The notes below the pieces were generated by a model. That model saw nothing but the letters and a program-made list of their open reading frames with translations, was not told the origin of the DNA and made no database searches. This document shows, piece by piece, positions 41,801 through 58,289 of a stretch of DNA of 64,000 bases (positions are counted from its first letter, which is position 1; each line of letters starts with the position of its first letter). This stretch comes from the human T2T-CHM13v2.0 reference genome, Homo sapiens: NCBI RefSeq assembly GCF_009914755.1, contig NC_060933.1. The stretch is one strand, 5' to 3'. Position numbers and translations under genes: made by a program.

Positions 41801-44800
41801 TGGTATGGAATGGAATGGAATGGTACGGAATAGAATGGAATGGAACGAATTGTAATGGAATGGAATTGAATGGAATGGAATGGAATGGAATGGAATCAAC
41901 GCCAGTGCAGGGGAATGTAATGGAACGGAATGCAATGGAATGGAATCATCCGGAATGGAATGGAATGGAATGGAATGGAATGGAATGGAATGGAATCAAC
42001 CCGAGTGCAATGGAATGGAGTGGAATGGAATGGAATGGAATGGAACAACCCGAATGGAATGGAATGTAATGGAGAGTAAGGGAGTTGAATAGAATCAATC
42101 CGAATGTAATGGAATGGAATGCAACGGAATGGAATGGAATGGAATGCAATGGAATGGAATCAACCCGAGTACAATGGAATGGAATGGAATGGAATGGAAT
42201 GGAATGGAATGGAATGGAATGAAATGGAATGATACGGAATAGAATGGAATGGAACGAAATGGAAAGGAATGGAATGGAATGGAATGGAATGGAATGCAAT
42301 GGAATGGAATGGAATCGTTCCGAGTGGAATAGGGGGGAATGTATTCGAGTGGAATGGAAAGGAATGGAATCAACCAGAGTGGAATGGAAGGGAATGGAAT
42401 GGAATGGAAACTAATAGAATGGAATCAACCCGAGTGGAATGGAATGGAAAGGACTGGAATGGAATGGAATGGAATGGAATCAACTCGATTGTAATGGAAT
42501 GGAATGGAATGGAATGGAATGGAATGGAATGGAGTGGAATGGAATGGAATCAACCCGAGTGCAGGGGAATGGAATGGAATGGAATGCAATGGAATGGAAT
42601 CTACCGGAATGTAATGGAATGGAATGGAATGCAAAGCAATGGAATCAACTCGATTGCAATGGAATGGAATGGAATGGAAAGGAATACATTGGAATCAACC
42701 CGACTGGAATGGAATGGAAAGGACTGGAATGGAGTGGAATGGAATGGAATGCAATGGAATGGAATCAACTCGATTGGAATGGAATGGAATGGAATGGAAT
42801 GGAATTAACCCGAATAGAATGGAATGGAATATAATGGAACAGAACGGAATGGAATGGAATGGAATGGAATGGAATGGAATGGAATGGAATGGAATCAACC
42901 CGACTGCAGGGGAATGGAATGGAATGGAATGCAATGGAATGGATTCAACTTGAATGGAATGGAAAGAATGGAATCAACACGAGTGGAATGGCATGGATTG
43001 GAATGGAATGGAATGGAATCAACCCGAGTACAGGGGAATGGAATGGAATGTAATGCAATGGAATGGAATCATCCATAATGGAAAGGAAAGGAATGGAATG
43101 GAATGGAATGGATTGGAATGGAATGGAATCAACTCGATTGCAATCGAATGGAATGGAATGGAATTAACCCGAATAGAATGGAATGGAATGGAACAGAAAG
43201 GAACGGAATGGAATGGATTGGAATGGAATGGAATGGAATGGAAGGGAACGGAAAGGAATGGAATGGAATGGAATGGAATGGAATGGAATGGAATGGAATG
43301 GAATGGAATCAACGAGAGTGCAGGGGAATGGAATGGAATGGAATGCAATGGAATGGAATCTTCCGGAATGGAATGGAATGGAATGGAATGGAATGGAATG
43401 GAATAAACCAGAGTGAAATGGAATGGAGTGGAATGGAATGGAATGGAATGGAACAACCCGAATGGAATGGAATGGAATGGAGAGTAAGGGAGTTGAATAG
43501 AATCAATCCGAATGTAATGGTATGGAATGGAACGGAATGGAATTGAATGGAATGGAGTGGAAGGCAATGGAATGAAATCAACCCGAGTGCAATGGAATGG
43601 AGAGGAATGGAATGGAATGGAATGGAAACAACCCGAAAGGAATGGAATGTAATGGAGTGTAAGGGAATTGAACAGAATCAATCCGAATGTAATGGAATGG
43701 AATGGAACGGAATGGAATGGAATGGAATGGAATGGAATGGAATGCAATGGAATGGAATCAACCCGAGTGCAATCGAATGGAATCAAATGGAATGGAATGC
43801 AATGGAATGGATTCAACTTGAATGGAATGAAAAGAATGGAATCAACACGAGTGGAATGGCATGGATTGGAATGGAATGGAATGGAATCAACCCGAGTACA
43901 GGGGAATCGAATGGAATGGAATGCAATGGAATGGAATCATCCGTAATGGAATGGAAAGGAATGGAATGGAATGGAATGAACACGATTGCAATCGAATGGA
44001 ATGGAATGGAATTAACCAGAATAGAATGGAATGGAATGGAATGGAACGGAACGGAATGGAATGGAATGGAATGGAACGGAACGGAAAGGAATGGAATGGA
44101 ATGGAATGGAATGGAATGGAATGGAATGGAATCAAAGCGAGTGCAGGGTAATGGAATGGAATGGAATGCAATGGAATGGAATCTTCCGGAATGGAATGGA
44201 ATGGAATGGAGTGGAATGAAATGCAATGGATTCAACTCGATTGCAATGGAATGGAATAGAATGGAATGGAATGGAATGGAATGGAATGGAATGGAATTAA
44301 CCCGAATAGAATGGAATGGAATGGAATCGAACGGAATGGAACCGAATGGAATGGAATGGAATGGTATGGAATGGAATGGAATGGTACGGAATAGAATGGA
44401 AAAGAACGAATTGTAATGGAATGGAATTGAATGGAATGGAATGGAATGGAATGGAATCAACGCGAGTGCAGGGGAATGTAATGGAACGGAATGCAATGGA
44501 ATGGAATCATCCGGAATGGAATGGAATGGAATGGAATGGAATCAACCCGAGTGCAATGGAATGGAGTGGAATGGAATGGAATGGAATGGAACAACCCGAA
44601 TGGAATGGAATGTAATGGAGAGTAAGGGAGTTGAATAGAATCCATCCGAATGTAATGGAATGGAATGCAACGGAATGGAATGGAATGGAATGGAATGGAA
44701 TGCAATGGAATGGAATCAACCCGAGTACAATGGAATGGAATGGAATGGAATGGAAAGGACTGGAATGGAATGGAATGGAATGGAATGGAATGGAATGGAA

Positions 44801-47800
44801 TCAACTCGATTGTAATGGAATGGAATGGAATGGAATGGAATGGAATGGAACGGAATGGAATTAACACAATGGAATGGAATGGAATGGAACGGAATGGAGT
44901 GGAATGGAATGGAATCAACCCGAGTGCAGGGGAATGGAATGGAATGGAATGCAATGGAATGGAATCATCCGGAATGGAATGGAATGGAATGGAATGCAAA
45001 GCAATGGAATCAACTCGATTGCAATGGAATGGAATGGAATGGAAAGGAATACATTGGAATCAACACGAGTGGAATGGAATGGAAAGGACTGCAATGGAAT
45101 GTAATGGAATGGAATGGAATGGAATGGAATGGAATGGAATCAACTCGATTGGAATGGAATGCAATGGAATGGAATGGAATGGAATGGAATTAACCCGAAT
45201 AGAATGGAATGGAATGGAACGGAACGGAACAGAATGGAATGGAATGGAATGGAATGGAATGGAATGGAATGGAATGGAATGGAATCAACCCGAGTAGAGG
45301 GGAATGGAATGGAATGGAATGCAATGGATTGGAATCATCCGTAATGGAATGGAAACGAATGGAATGGAATGGAATTAACCCGAATAGAATGGAATGGAAT
45401 GGAATGGAACAGAATGGAATGGAAACGAATGGAATGGAATGGAATGGAATGGAATGGAATGGTATGGAATGGAATGGAATGGTACGGAATAGAATGGAAT
45501 GGAACGAATTGTAATGGAACGGAATTGAATGGAATGGAATGGAATTTAATGGAATCAACGCGAGTGCAGGGGAATGTAATGGAACGGAATGCAATGGAAT
45601 GGAATCATCCGGAATGGAATGGAATGGAATGGAATGGAATGGAATGGAATGGAATCAACCCGACTGCAATGGAATGGAGTGCAATGGAATGGAATGGAAT
45701 GGAACAACCCGAATGGAATGGAATGTAATGGAGAGTAAGGGAGTTGAATAGAATCAATCCGAATGTAATGGAATGGAATGCAACGGAATGGAATGGAATG
45801 GAATGGAATGGAATGCAATGGAATGGAATCAACCCGAGTACAATGGAATGGAATGGAATGGAATGGAATGGAATGAAATGGAATGATACGGAATAGAATG
45901 GAATGGAACGAAATGGAATGGAATGGAATGGAATGGAATGGAATGGAATGGAATGGAATGGAATCGTTCCGAGTGGAATAGGAGGGAATGTATTCGAGTG
46001 GAATGGAAAGGAATGGAATCAACCAGAGTGGAATGGAAGGGAATGGAATGGAATGGAAATTAATAGAATGGAATGAACACGAGTGGAATGGAATGGAAAG
46101 GACTGGAATGGAATGGAATGGAATGGAATCAACTCGATTGTAATGGAATGGAATGGAATGGAATGGAATGGAATGGAATGGAATGGAGTGGAATGGAATG
46201 GAATCAACCCGAGTGCAGGGGAATGGAATGGAATGGAATGCAATGGAATGGAATCATCCAGAATGGAATGGAATGGAATGGAATGCAAAGCAATGGAATC
46301 AACTCGATTGCAATGGAATGGAATGGAATGGAAAGGAATACATTGGAATCAACCCGACTGGAATGGAATGGAAAGGACTGGAATGGAGTGGAATGGAATG
46401 GAATGGAATGGAATGGAATCAACTCGATTGGAATGGAATGGAATGGAATGGGATGGAATTAACCCGAATAGAATGGAATGGAATGGAATGGAACGGAACG
46501 GAATGGAATGGAAGGGAATGGAATGGAATGGAATGGAATCAACCCGACTGCAGGGGAATGGAATGGAATGGAATGCAATGGAATGGATTCAACTTGAATG
46601 GAATGGAAAGAATGGAATCAACACGAGTGGAATGGCATGGATTGGAATGGAATTGAATGGAATCAACCCGAGTACAGGGGAATGGAATGGAATGGAATGC
46701 AATGGAATGGAATCATCCGTAATGGAATGGAAAGGAATGGAATGGAATGGAATGGAATGGAATGGAATGGAATGGAATCAACTCGATTGAAATCGAATGG
46801 AATGGAATGGAATTAACCCGAATAGAATGGAATGGAATGGAATGGAATGGAACGGAACGGAATGGAATGGATTGGAATGGAATGGAATGGAATGGAACGG
46901 AAAGGAATGGAATGGAATGGAATGGAATGGAATGGAATGGAATGGAATGGAATGGAATCAACGCGAGTGCAGGGGAATGGAATGGAATGGAATGCAATGG
47001 AATGGAATCTTCCGGAATGGAATGGAATGGAATGGAATGGAATGGAATGGAATAAACCGGAGTGCAATGGAATGGAGTGGAATGGAATGGAATGGAATGG
47101 AACAACCCGAATGGAATGGAATGTAATGGAGAGTAAGGGAGTTGAATAGAATCAATCCCACTGTAATGGAATGGAATGGAAAGGAATGGAATTGAATGGA
47201 ATGGAATGGAATGCAATGGAATGGAATCAACCCGAGTACAATGGAATGGAATGGAATGGAATGGAATGGAATGGAATGGAATGGAATGAAATGGAATGAT
47301 ACGGAATAGAATGGAATGGAACGAAATAGAATGGAATGGAATGGAATGGAATGGAATGGAATGGAATGGAATGGAATCGTACCGAGTGGAATAGGAGGGA
47401 ATGTATTCGAGTGGAATGGAAAGGAATGGAATCAACCAGAGTGGAATGGAAGGGAATGGAATGGAATGGAAATTAATAGAATGGAATCAACACGAGTGGA
47501 ATGGAATGGAAAGGACTGGAATGGAATGGAATGGAATGGAATCAACTCGATGGTAATGGAATGGAATGGAATGCAATGGAATGGAATGGAATGGAATGGA
47601 GTGGAATGGAATGGAATCAACCCGAGTGCAGGGGAATGGAATGGAATGGAATGCAATGCAATGGAATCATCCGGAATGGAATGGAATGGAATGGAATGCA
47701 AAGCAATGGAATCAACTCGATTGCAATGGAATGGAATGGAATGGAAAGGAATACATTGGAATCAACCCGACTGGAATGGAATGGAAAGGACTGGAATGGA

Positions 47801-47957
47801 GTGGAATGGAATGGAATGGAATGGAATGGAATCAACTCGATTGGAATGGAATGGAATGGAATGGAATGGAATTAACCCGAATAGAATGGAATGGAATGGA
47901 ATGGAACGGAACGGAATGGAATGGAATGGAATGGAATGGAATGGAATGGAATGGAAT

Positions 47958-50643
47958 CAACCCGACTGCAGGGGAATGGAATGGAATGCAATGGATTGGA
48001 TTCAACTTGAATGGAATGGAAAGAATGGAATCAACACGAGTGGAATGGCATGGATTGGAATGGAATTGAATGGAATCAACCCGAGTACAGGGGAATGGAA
48101 TGGAATGGAATGCAATGGAATGGAATCATCCGTAATGGAATGGAAAGGAATGGAATGGAATGGAATGGAATGGAATGGAATGGAATCAACTCGATTGCAA
48201 TCGAATGGAATGCAATGGAATTAACCCGAATAGAATGGAATGGAATGGAATGGAACGGAACGGAACGGAATGGAATGGATTGGAATGGAATGGAATGGAA
48301 TGGAACGGAAAGGAATGGAATGGAATGGAATGGAATGGAATGGAATGGAATGGAATCATCGCGAGTGCAGGGGAATGGAATGGAATGGAATGCAATGGAA
48401 TGGAATCTTCCAGAATGGAATGGAATGGAATGGAATGGAATGGAATAAACCCGAGTGCAATGGAATGGAGTGGAATGGAATGGAATGGAATCGAACAACC
48501 CGAATGGAATGGAATGTAATGGAGAGTAAGGGAGTTGAATAGAATCAATCCGAATGTAATGGAATGGAATGGAAAGGAATGGAATTGAATGGAATGGAAT
48601 GGAATGCAATGGAATGGAATCAACCCGAGTGCAATGGAAAGGAGAGGAATGGAATGGAATGGAATGGAAACTACCCGAATGGAATGGAATGTAATGGAGT
48701 GTAAGGGAATTGAATAGAATCAATCCGAATGTAATGGAATGGAATGGAACGGAATGGAATGGAATGGAATGGAATGGAATGGAATGGAATGCAATGGATT
48801 GGAATCAACCCGAGTGCAATCGAATGGAATCGAATGGAATGCAATGCAATGGAATGCATTCAACTTGAATGGAATGGAAAGAATGGAATCAACACGAGTG
48901 GAATGGCATGGATTGGAATGGAATGGAATGGAATCAACCCGAGTACAGGGGAATGGAATGGAATGGAATGCAATGGAATGGAATCATCCGTAATGGAATG
49001 GAAAGGAATGGAATGGAATGGAATGGAATGGAATGGAATGGAATGGAATCAACTCGATTGCAATCGAATGGAATGGAATGGAATTAAACCGAATAGAATG
49101 GAATGGAATGGAATGGAACGGAACGGAATGGAATGGAATGGAATGTAATGGAATGGAATGGAACAGAACGCAACGGAACGGAACGGATTGGAATGGAATG
49201 GAATGGAATGGAATGGAATGGAATCAACGCGAGTGCAGGGGAATGGAATGGAATGGAATGCAATGGAATGGAATCTTCAGGAATGGAATGGAATGGAATG
49301 GAATGGAATGAAATGCAATGGATTCAACTCGATTGCAATGGATTGGAATAGAATGGAATGGAATGGAATGGAATGGAATGGAATTAACCCGAATAGAATG
49401 GAATGGAATGGAATGGAACGGTATGGAACCGAATGGAATGGAATGGAATGGTATGGAATGGAATGGAATGATACGGAATAGAATGGAATGGAACGAATTG
49501 TAATGCAATGGAATTGAATGGAATGGAATGGAATGGAAAGGAATCAACGCAAGTGCAGGGGAATGTAATGGAACGCAATGCAATGGAATGGAATCATCCG
49601 GAATGGAATGGAATGGAATGGAATGGAATGGAATGGAATGGAATGGAATCAACCCGAGTGCAATGGAAAGGAGTGGAATGGAATGGAATGGAATGGAACA
49701 ACCCGAATGGAACGGAATGTAATGGAGAGTAAGGGAGTTGAATAGAATCAATCCGAATGTAATGGAATGGAATGCAACGGAATGGAATGAAATGGAATGG
49801 AATGGAATGGAATGGAATGCAATGGAATGGAATCAACCCAAGTACAATGGAATGCAATGGAAAGGAATGGAATGGAATGGAATGGAATGGAATGGAATGG
49901 AATGCCTTCAAAACGAATGGAATGGAAAGGAATGGAATTAACACGAGTGGAATGGAATGGAATGGAATGGAATGGAATGAGACGGAATAGAATGGAATGG
50001 AACGAAATGGAATGGAATGGAATGGAATGGAATGGAATCGTTCCTAGTGGAATAGGAGGGAATGTATTCGAGTGGAATGGAAAGGAATGGAATCAACCAG
50101 AGTGGAATGGAAGGGAATGGAATGGAATGGAAACTAATAGAATGGAATCAACCCGAGTGGAATGGAATGGAAAGGACTGGTATGGAATGGAATGGAATGG
50201 AATGGAATCAACTCGATTTTAATGGAATGGAATGGAATGGAATGGAATTAACCCGAATGCAATGGAATGGAATGGAATGGAACGGAATGGAGTGGAATGG
50301 AATGGAATCAACCCGAGTGCAGGGGAATGGAATGGAATGGAATGCAATGGAATGGAATCATCCGGAATGGAATGGAATGGAATGGAATGCAAAGCATTGG
50401 AATCAACTCGATTGCAATGGAATGGAATGGAATGGAAAGGAATACATTGGAATCAACCCGAGTGGAATGGAATGGAAAGGGCTGGAATGGAGTGGAATGG
50501 AATGGAATGGAATGGAAAGGAATCAACTCGATTGGAATGGAATGGAATGGAATGGAATTAACCCGAATACAATGGAATGGAATGGAATGGAACGGAACGG
50601 AACGGAATGGAATGGAATGGAATGGAATGGAATGGAATGGAAT
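47958..50643 (+). repeat. Second intact copy of the ~2.7-kb higher-order unit
   Basis: CAACCCGACTGC at 47958 to the next at 50644 is 2686 bp, with the same module order as 15369-18074. Confidence 0.85.
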
Positions 50644-51905
50644 CAACCCGACTGCAGGGGAATGGAATGGAATGGAATGCAATGGAATGCATTCAACTTG
50701 AATGGAATGGAAAGAATGGAATCAACACGAGTGGAATGGCATGGATTGGAATGGAATGGAATGGAATGAACCCGAGTACAGGGGAATAGAATGGAATGGA
50801 ATGCAATGGAATGGAATCATCCGCAATGGAATGGAAAGGAATGGAATGGAATGGAATGGAATGGAATGGAATGGAATGGAATGGAATCAACTCGATTGCA
50901 ATCGAATGGAATGGAATGGAATTAACCCGAATAGAATGGAATGGAATGGAATGGAACGGAACGGAACGGAATGGAATGGAATGGAATGGAATGGAATGGA
51001 ATGGAATGGAATCAACGCGAGTGCAGGGGAATGGAATGGAATGGAATGCAATGGAATGGAATCTTCCGGAATGGAATGGAATGGAACGGAATGGAATGGA
51101 ATGGAATGGAATGGAATAAACCCAAGTGCAATGGAATGGAGTGGAATGGAATGGAATGGAATGGAACAACCCGAATGGAATGGAATGTAATGGAGAGTAA
51201 GGGAGTTGAATAGAATCCTTCCGAATGTAATGGAATGGAATGGAAAGGAATGGAATTCAATGGAATGGAATGGAATGCAATGGAATGGAATCAACCCTAG
51301 TGCAATGCAATGGAGAGGAATGGAATGGAATGGAATGGAAACTACCCGAATGGAATGGAATGTAATGGAGTGTAAGGGAATTGAATAGAATGAATCCGAA
51401 TGTAATGGAATGGAATGGAACGGAATGGAATGGAATGGAATGGAATGGAATGGAATGCAATGGAATGGAATCAACCCGCGTGCAATCGAATGGAATCGAA
51501 TGGAATGGAATGCAATGGAATGGATTCAACTTGAATGGAATGGAAAGAATGGAATCAACACGAGTGGAAGGGCATGGATTGGAATGCAATGGAATGGAAT
51601 CAACCCGAGAACAGGGGAATGGAATGGAATGGAATGCAATGGAATGGAATCATCCGTAATGGAATGGAAAGGAATGGAATGGAATGGAATGGAATGGAAT
51701 GGAATGGAATGGAATCAACACGATTGCAATCGAATGGAATGGAATGCAATTAACCCGAATAGAATGGAATGGAATGGAATGGAACGGAACGGAATGGAAT
51801 GGAATGGAATGGAATAGAACGGAACGGAATGGAATGGAATGGAATGGAATGGAACGGAACGGAATGGAATGGAATGGAATGGAATGGAATGGAATGGAAT
51901 GGAAT

Positions 51906-54900
51906 CAACCCGACTGCAGGGGAATGGAATGGAATGGAATGCAATGGAATGGATTCAACTTGAATGGAATGGAAAGAATGGAATCAACACGAGTGGAATG
52001 GCATGGATTGGAATGGCATTGAATGGAATCAACCCGAGTACAGGGGAATGGAATGGAATGGAATGCAATGGAATGGAGTCATCCGTAATGGAATGGAAAG
52101 GAATGGAATGGAATGGAATGGAATGGAATGGAATGGAATGGAATGGAATGGAATGGAATGCAATGGAATGGAATGGAATCGTTCCGAGTGGAATAGGAGG
52201 GAATGTATTCGAGTGGAATGGAAAGGAATGGAATCAACCAGAGTGGAATGGAAGGGAATGGAATGGAATGGAAACTAATAGAATGGAGTCAACCCGAGTG
52301 GAATGGAATAGAAAGGACTGGAATAGAATGGAATGGAATGGAATCAACTCGATTGTAATGGAATGGAATGGAATGGAATGGAATGGAATGGAATGGAATG
52401 GAATGGAGTGGAATGGAATGGAATCAACCCGAGTGCAGGGGAATGGAATGGAATGGAAAGCAATGGAATGGAATCAACCGGAATGGAATGGAATGGAATG
52501 GAATGCAAAGCAATGGAATCAACTCGATTGCAATGGAATGGAATGGAATGGAAAGGAATACATTGGAATCAACCTGACTGGAATGGAATGGAAAGGACTG
52601 GAATGGAGTGGAATGCAATGGAATGGAATGGAATGGAATGGAATCAACTCGATTGGAATGGAATGGAATGGAATGGAATGGAATTAACCCGAATAGAATG
52701 GAATGGAATGGAATGGAACAGAACGGAATGGAATGGAATGGAATGGAATGGAATGGAATGGAATGGAATGGAATGGAATCAACCCGACTACAGGGGAATG
52801 GAATTGAATGGAATGCAATGGAATGGATTCAACTTGAATGGAATGGAAAGAATGGAATCAACACGAGTGGAATGGCAGGGATTGAAATGGAATGGAATGG
52901 AATCAACCCAAGTACAGGGGAATGGAATGGAATGGAATGCAATGGAATGGAATCTTCCGGAATGGAATGGAATGGAATGGAATGGAATGGAATGGAATGG
53001 AATAAACCAGAGTGCAATGGAATGGAGTGGAATGGAATGGAATGGAATGGAATGGAATGGAATGGAATTAACCCGAATAGAATGGAATGGAATGGAATGG
53101 AACGGAACGGAACAGAATGGAATGGAATGGAATGGAATGGAATGGAACGGAATGGAATCAACCCGACTGCAGGGGAATGGAATGGAATGGAATGCAATGG
53201 AATGCATTCAACTTGAATGGAATGGAAAGAATGGAATCAACACGAGTGGAATTGCATGGATTGGAATGGAATGGAATGCAATCAACCCGAGTAGAGGGGA
53301 ATGGAATGGAATGAATGCAATGGAATGGAATCATCCGTAATGGAATGGAAAGGAATGGAATGGAATGGAATTAACCCGAATAGAATGGAATGGAATGGAA
53401 TGGAACAGAATGGAACGGAAAGGAATGGAATGGAATGGAATGGAATGGAATGGAATGGAATGGAATGGAATGGTACGGAATAGAATGGAATGGAACGAAT
53501 TGTAATGGAATGGAATTGAATGGAATGGAATGGAATGGAATGGAATCAACGCGAGTGCAGGGGAATGTAATGGAACGGAATGCAATGGAATGGAATCATC
53601 CGGAATGGAATGGAATGGAATGGAATGGAATGGAATGGAATGGAGTCAACCCGACTGCAATGGAATGGAGTGGAATGGAATGGAATGGAATGGAACAACC
53701 CGAATGGAATGGAATGTAATGGAGAGTAAGGGAGTTGAATAGAATCAATCCGAATGTAATGGAATGGAATGCAACGGAATGGAATGGAATGGAATGGAAT
53801 GGAATGCAATGGAATGGAATCAACCCGAGTACAATGGAATGGAATGGAATGGAATGGAATGGAATGGAATGAAATGGAATAATACGGAATAGAATGGAAT
53901 GGAACGAAATGGAATGGAATGGAATGGAATGGAATGGAATCGTTCCGAGTGGAATAGGAGGGAATGTATTCGAGTGGAATGGAAAGGAATGGAATCAACC
54001 AGAGTGGAATGGAAGGGAATGGAATGGAATGGAAATTAATAGAATGGAATCAACTCGAGTGGAATGGAATGGAAAGGACTGGAATGGAATGGAATGGAAT
54101 GGAATCAACTCGATTGTAATGGAATGGAATGGAATGGAATGGAATGGAATGGAATGGAGTGGAATGGAATGGAATCAACCCGAGTGCAGGGGAATGGAAT
54201 GGAATGGAATGCAATGGAATGGAATCATCCGGAATGGAATGGAATGGAATGGAATGCAAAGCAATGGAATCAACTCGATTGCAATGGAATGGAATGGAAT
54301 GGAAAGGAATACATTGGAATCAACCCGACTGGAATGGAATGGAAAGGACTGGAATGGAGTGGAATGGAATGGAATGGAATGGAATGGAATCAACTCGATT
54401 GGAATGGAATGGAAGGGAATGGAATGGAATTAACCCGAATAGAATGGAATGGAATGGAATGGAACGGAACGGAATGGAATGGAATGGAATGGAATGGAAT
54501 GGAATCAACCCGACTGCAGGGGAATGGAATGGAATGGAATGCAATGGAATGGATTCAACTTGAATGGAATGGAAAGAATGGAATCAACACGAGTGGAATG
54601 GCATGGATTGGAATGGCATTGAATGGAATCAACCCGAGTACAGGGGAATGGAATGGAATGGAATGCAATGGAATGGAGTCATCCGTAATGGAATGGAAAG
54701 GAATGGAATGGAATGGAATGGAATGGAATGGAATGGAATGGAATGGAATGGAATGCAATGGAATGGAATGGAATCGTTCCGAGTGGAATAGGAGGGAATG
54801 TATTCGAGTGGAATGGAAAGGAATGGAATCAACCAGAGTGGAATGGAAGGGAACGGAATGGAATGGAAACTAATAGAATGGAGTCAACCCGAGTGGAATG

Positions 54901-57900
54901 GAATAGAAAGGACTGGAATAGAATGGAATGGAATGGAATCAACTCGATTGTAATGGAATGGAATGGAATGGAATGGAATGGAATGGAGTGGAATGGAATG
55001 GAATCAACCCGAGTGCAGGGGAATGGAATGGAATGGAATGCAATGGAATGGAATCAACCGGAATGGAATGGAATGGAATGGAATGCAAAGCAATGGAATC
55101 AACTCGATTGTAATGGAATGGAATGGAATGGAAAGGAATACATTGGAATCAACCTGACTGGAATGGAATGGAAAGGACTGGAATGGAGTGGAATGCAATG
55201 GAATGGAATGGAATGGAATGGAATCAACTCGATTGGAATGGAATGGAATGGAATGGAATGGAATGGAATTAACCCGAATAGAATGGAATGGAATGGAATG
55301 GAACAGAACGGAATGGAATGGAATGGAATGGAATGGAATGGAATGGAATCAACCCGACTGCAGGGGAATGGAATGGAATGGAATGCAATCGAATGGATTC
55401 AACTTGAATGGAATGGAAAGAATGGAATCAACACGAGTGGAATGGCATGGATTGGAATGGCATTGAATGGAATCAACCCGAGTACAGGGGAATGGAATGG
55501 AATGGAATGCAATGGAATGGAGTCATCCGTAATGGAATGGAAAGGAATGGAATGGAATGGAATGGAATGGAATGGAATGGAATGGAATGGAATGCAATGG
55601 AATGGAATGGAATCGTTCCGAGTGGAATAGGAGGGAATGTATTCGAGTGGAATGGAAAGGAATGGAATCAACCAGAGTGGAATGGAAGGGAATGGAATGG
55701 AATGGAAACTAATAGAATGGAGTCAACCCGAGTGGAATGGAATAGAAAGGACTGGAATAGAATGGAATGGAATGGAATCAACTCGATTGTAATGGAATGG
55801 AATGGAATGGAATGGAATGGAATGGAGTGGAATGGAATGGAATCAACCCGAGTGCAGGGGAATGGAATGGAATGGAATGCAATGGAATGGAATCAACCTG
55901 AATGGAATGGAATGGAATGGAATGCAAAGCAATGGAATCAACTCGATTGCAATGGAATGGAATGGAATGGAAAGGAATACATTGGAATCAACCTGACTGG
56001 AATGGAATGGAAAGGACTGGAATGGAGTGGAATGCAATGGAATGGAATGGAATGGAATGGAATCAACTCGATTGGAATGGAATGGAATGGAATGGAATGG
56101 AATTAACCCGAATAGAATGGAATGGAATGGAATGGAACAGAACGGAATGGAATGGAATGGAATGGAATGGAATGGAATGGAATGGAATCAACCCGACTGC
56201 AGGGGAATGGAATTGAATGGAATGCAATGGAATGGATTCAACTTGAATGGAATGGAAAGAATGGAATCAACACGAGTGGAATGGCAGGGATTGAAATGGA
56301 ATGGAATGGAATCAACCCAAGTACAGGGGAATGGAATGGAATGGAATGCAATGGAATGGAATCTTCCGGAATGGAATGGAATGGAATGGAATGGAATGGA
56401 ATGGATTGGAATAAACCAGAGTGCAATGGAATGGAGTGGAATGGAATGGAATGGAATGGAATGGAATGGAATGGAATTAACCCGAATAGAATGGAATGGA
56501 ATGGAATGGAACGGAACGGAACAGAATGGAATGGAATGGAATGGAATGGAATGGAACGGAATGGAATCAACCCGACTGCAGGGGAATGGAATGGAATGGA
56601 ATGCAATGGAATGCATTCAACTTGAATGGAATGGAAATAATGGAATCAACACGAGTGGAATGGCATGGATTGGAATGGAATGGAATGCAATCAACCCGAG
56701 TAGAGGGGAATGGAATGGAATGGAATGCAATGGAATGGAATCATCCGTAATGGAATGGAAAGGAATGGAATGGAATGGAATTAACCCGAATAGAATGGAA
56801 TGGAATGGAATGGAACAGAATGGAACGGAAAGGAATGGAATGGAATGGAATGGAATGGAATGGAATGGAATGGTATGGAATGGAATGGAATGGTACGGAA
56901 TAGAATGGAATGGAACGAATTGTAATGGAATGGAATTGAATGGAATGGAATGGAATGGAATGGAATCAACGCGAGTGCAGGGGAATGTAATGGAACGGAA
57001 TGCAATGGAATGGAATCATCCGGAATGGAATGGAATGGAATGGAATGGAATGGAATGGAATGGAATGGAGTCAACCCGACTGCAATGGAATGGAGTGGAA
57101 TGGAATGGAATGGAATGGAACAACCCGAATGGAATGGAATGTAATGGAGAGTAAGGGAGTTGAATAGAATCAATCCGAATGTAATGGAATGGAATGCAAC
57201 GGAATGGAATGGAATGGAATGGAATGGAATGCAATGGAATGGAATCAACCCGAGTACAATGGAATGGAATGGAATGGAATGGAATGGAATGGAATGAAAT
57301 GGAATGATACGGAATAGAATGGAATGGAACGAAATGGAATGGAATGGAATGGAATGGAATGGAATGGAATCAACCCGAGTGCAATGGAATGGAGTGGAAT
57401 GGAATGGAATGGAATGGAACAACCCGAATGGAATGGAATGTAATGGAGAGTAAGGGAGTTGAATAGAATCAATCCGAATGTAATGGAATGGAATGGAAAG
57501 GAATGGAATTGAATGGAATGGAATGGAATGCAATGGAATGGAATCAACCCGAGTACAATGGAATGGAATGGAATGGAATGGAATGGAATGGAATGGAATG
57601 GAATGGAATGGAATGGAATGGAATGAAATGGAATGATACGGAATAGAATGGAATGGAACGAAATGGAACGGAATGGAATGGAATGGAATGGAATGGAATG
57701 GAATGGAATGGAATGGAATCGTTCCGAGTGGAATAGGAGGGAATGTATTCGAGTGGAATGGAAAGGAATGGAATCAACCAGAGTGGAATGGAAGGGAATG
57801 GAATGGAATGGAAATTAATAGAATGGAATCAACTCGAGTGGAATGGAATGGAAAGGACTGGAATGGAATGGAATGGAATGGAATCAACTCGATTGTAATG

Positions 57901-58289
57901 GAATGGAATGGAATGGAATGGAATGGAATGGAATGGAATGGAGTGGAATGGAATGGAATCAACCCGAGTGCAGGGGAATGGAATGGAATGGAATGCAATG
58001 GAATGGAATCATCCGGAATGGAATGGAATGGAATGGAATGCAAAGCAATGGAATCAACTCGATTGCAATGGAATGGAATGGAATGGAAAGGAATACATTG
58101 GAATCAACCCGAGTGGAATGGAATGGAAAGGACTGGAATGGAGTGGAATGGAATGGAATGGAATGGAATGGAATCAACTCGATTGGAATGGAATGGAATG
58201 GAATGGAATGGAATTAACCCGAATAGAATGGAATGGAATGGAATGGAACGGAACGGAATGGAACGGAATGGAATGGAATGGAATGGAAT
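51906..58289 (+). repeat. Recent local tandem amplification: units of 2600, 844 and 2940 bp
   Basis: Private variant GGCATTGAATGG at 52015, 54615, 55459 and 58399. It is accompanied by GGAGTCATCCG at all four, and by GGAGTCAACCCG, ATAGAAAGGACTGGAATAGA and CAACCTGACTGG at the first three. Confidence 0.85.
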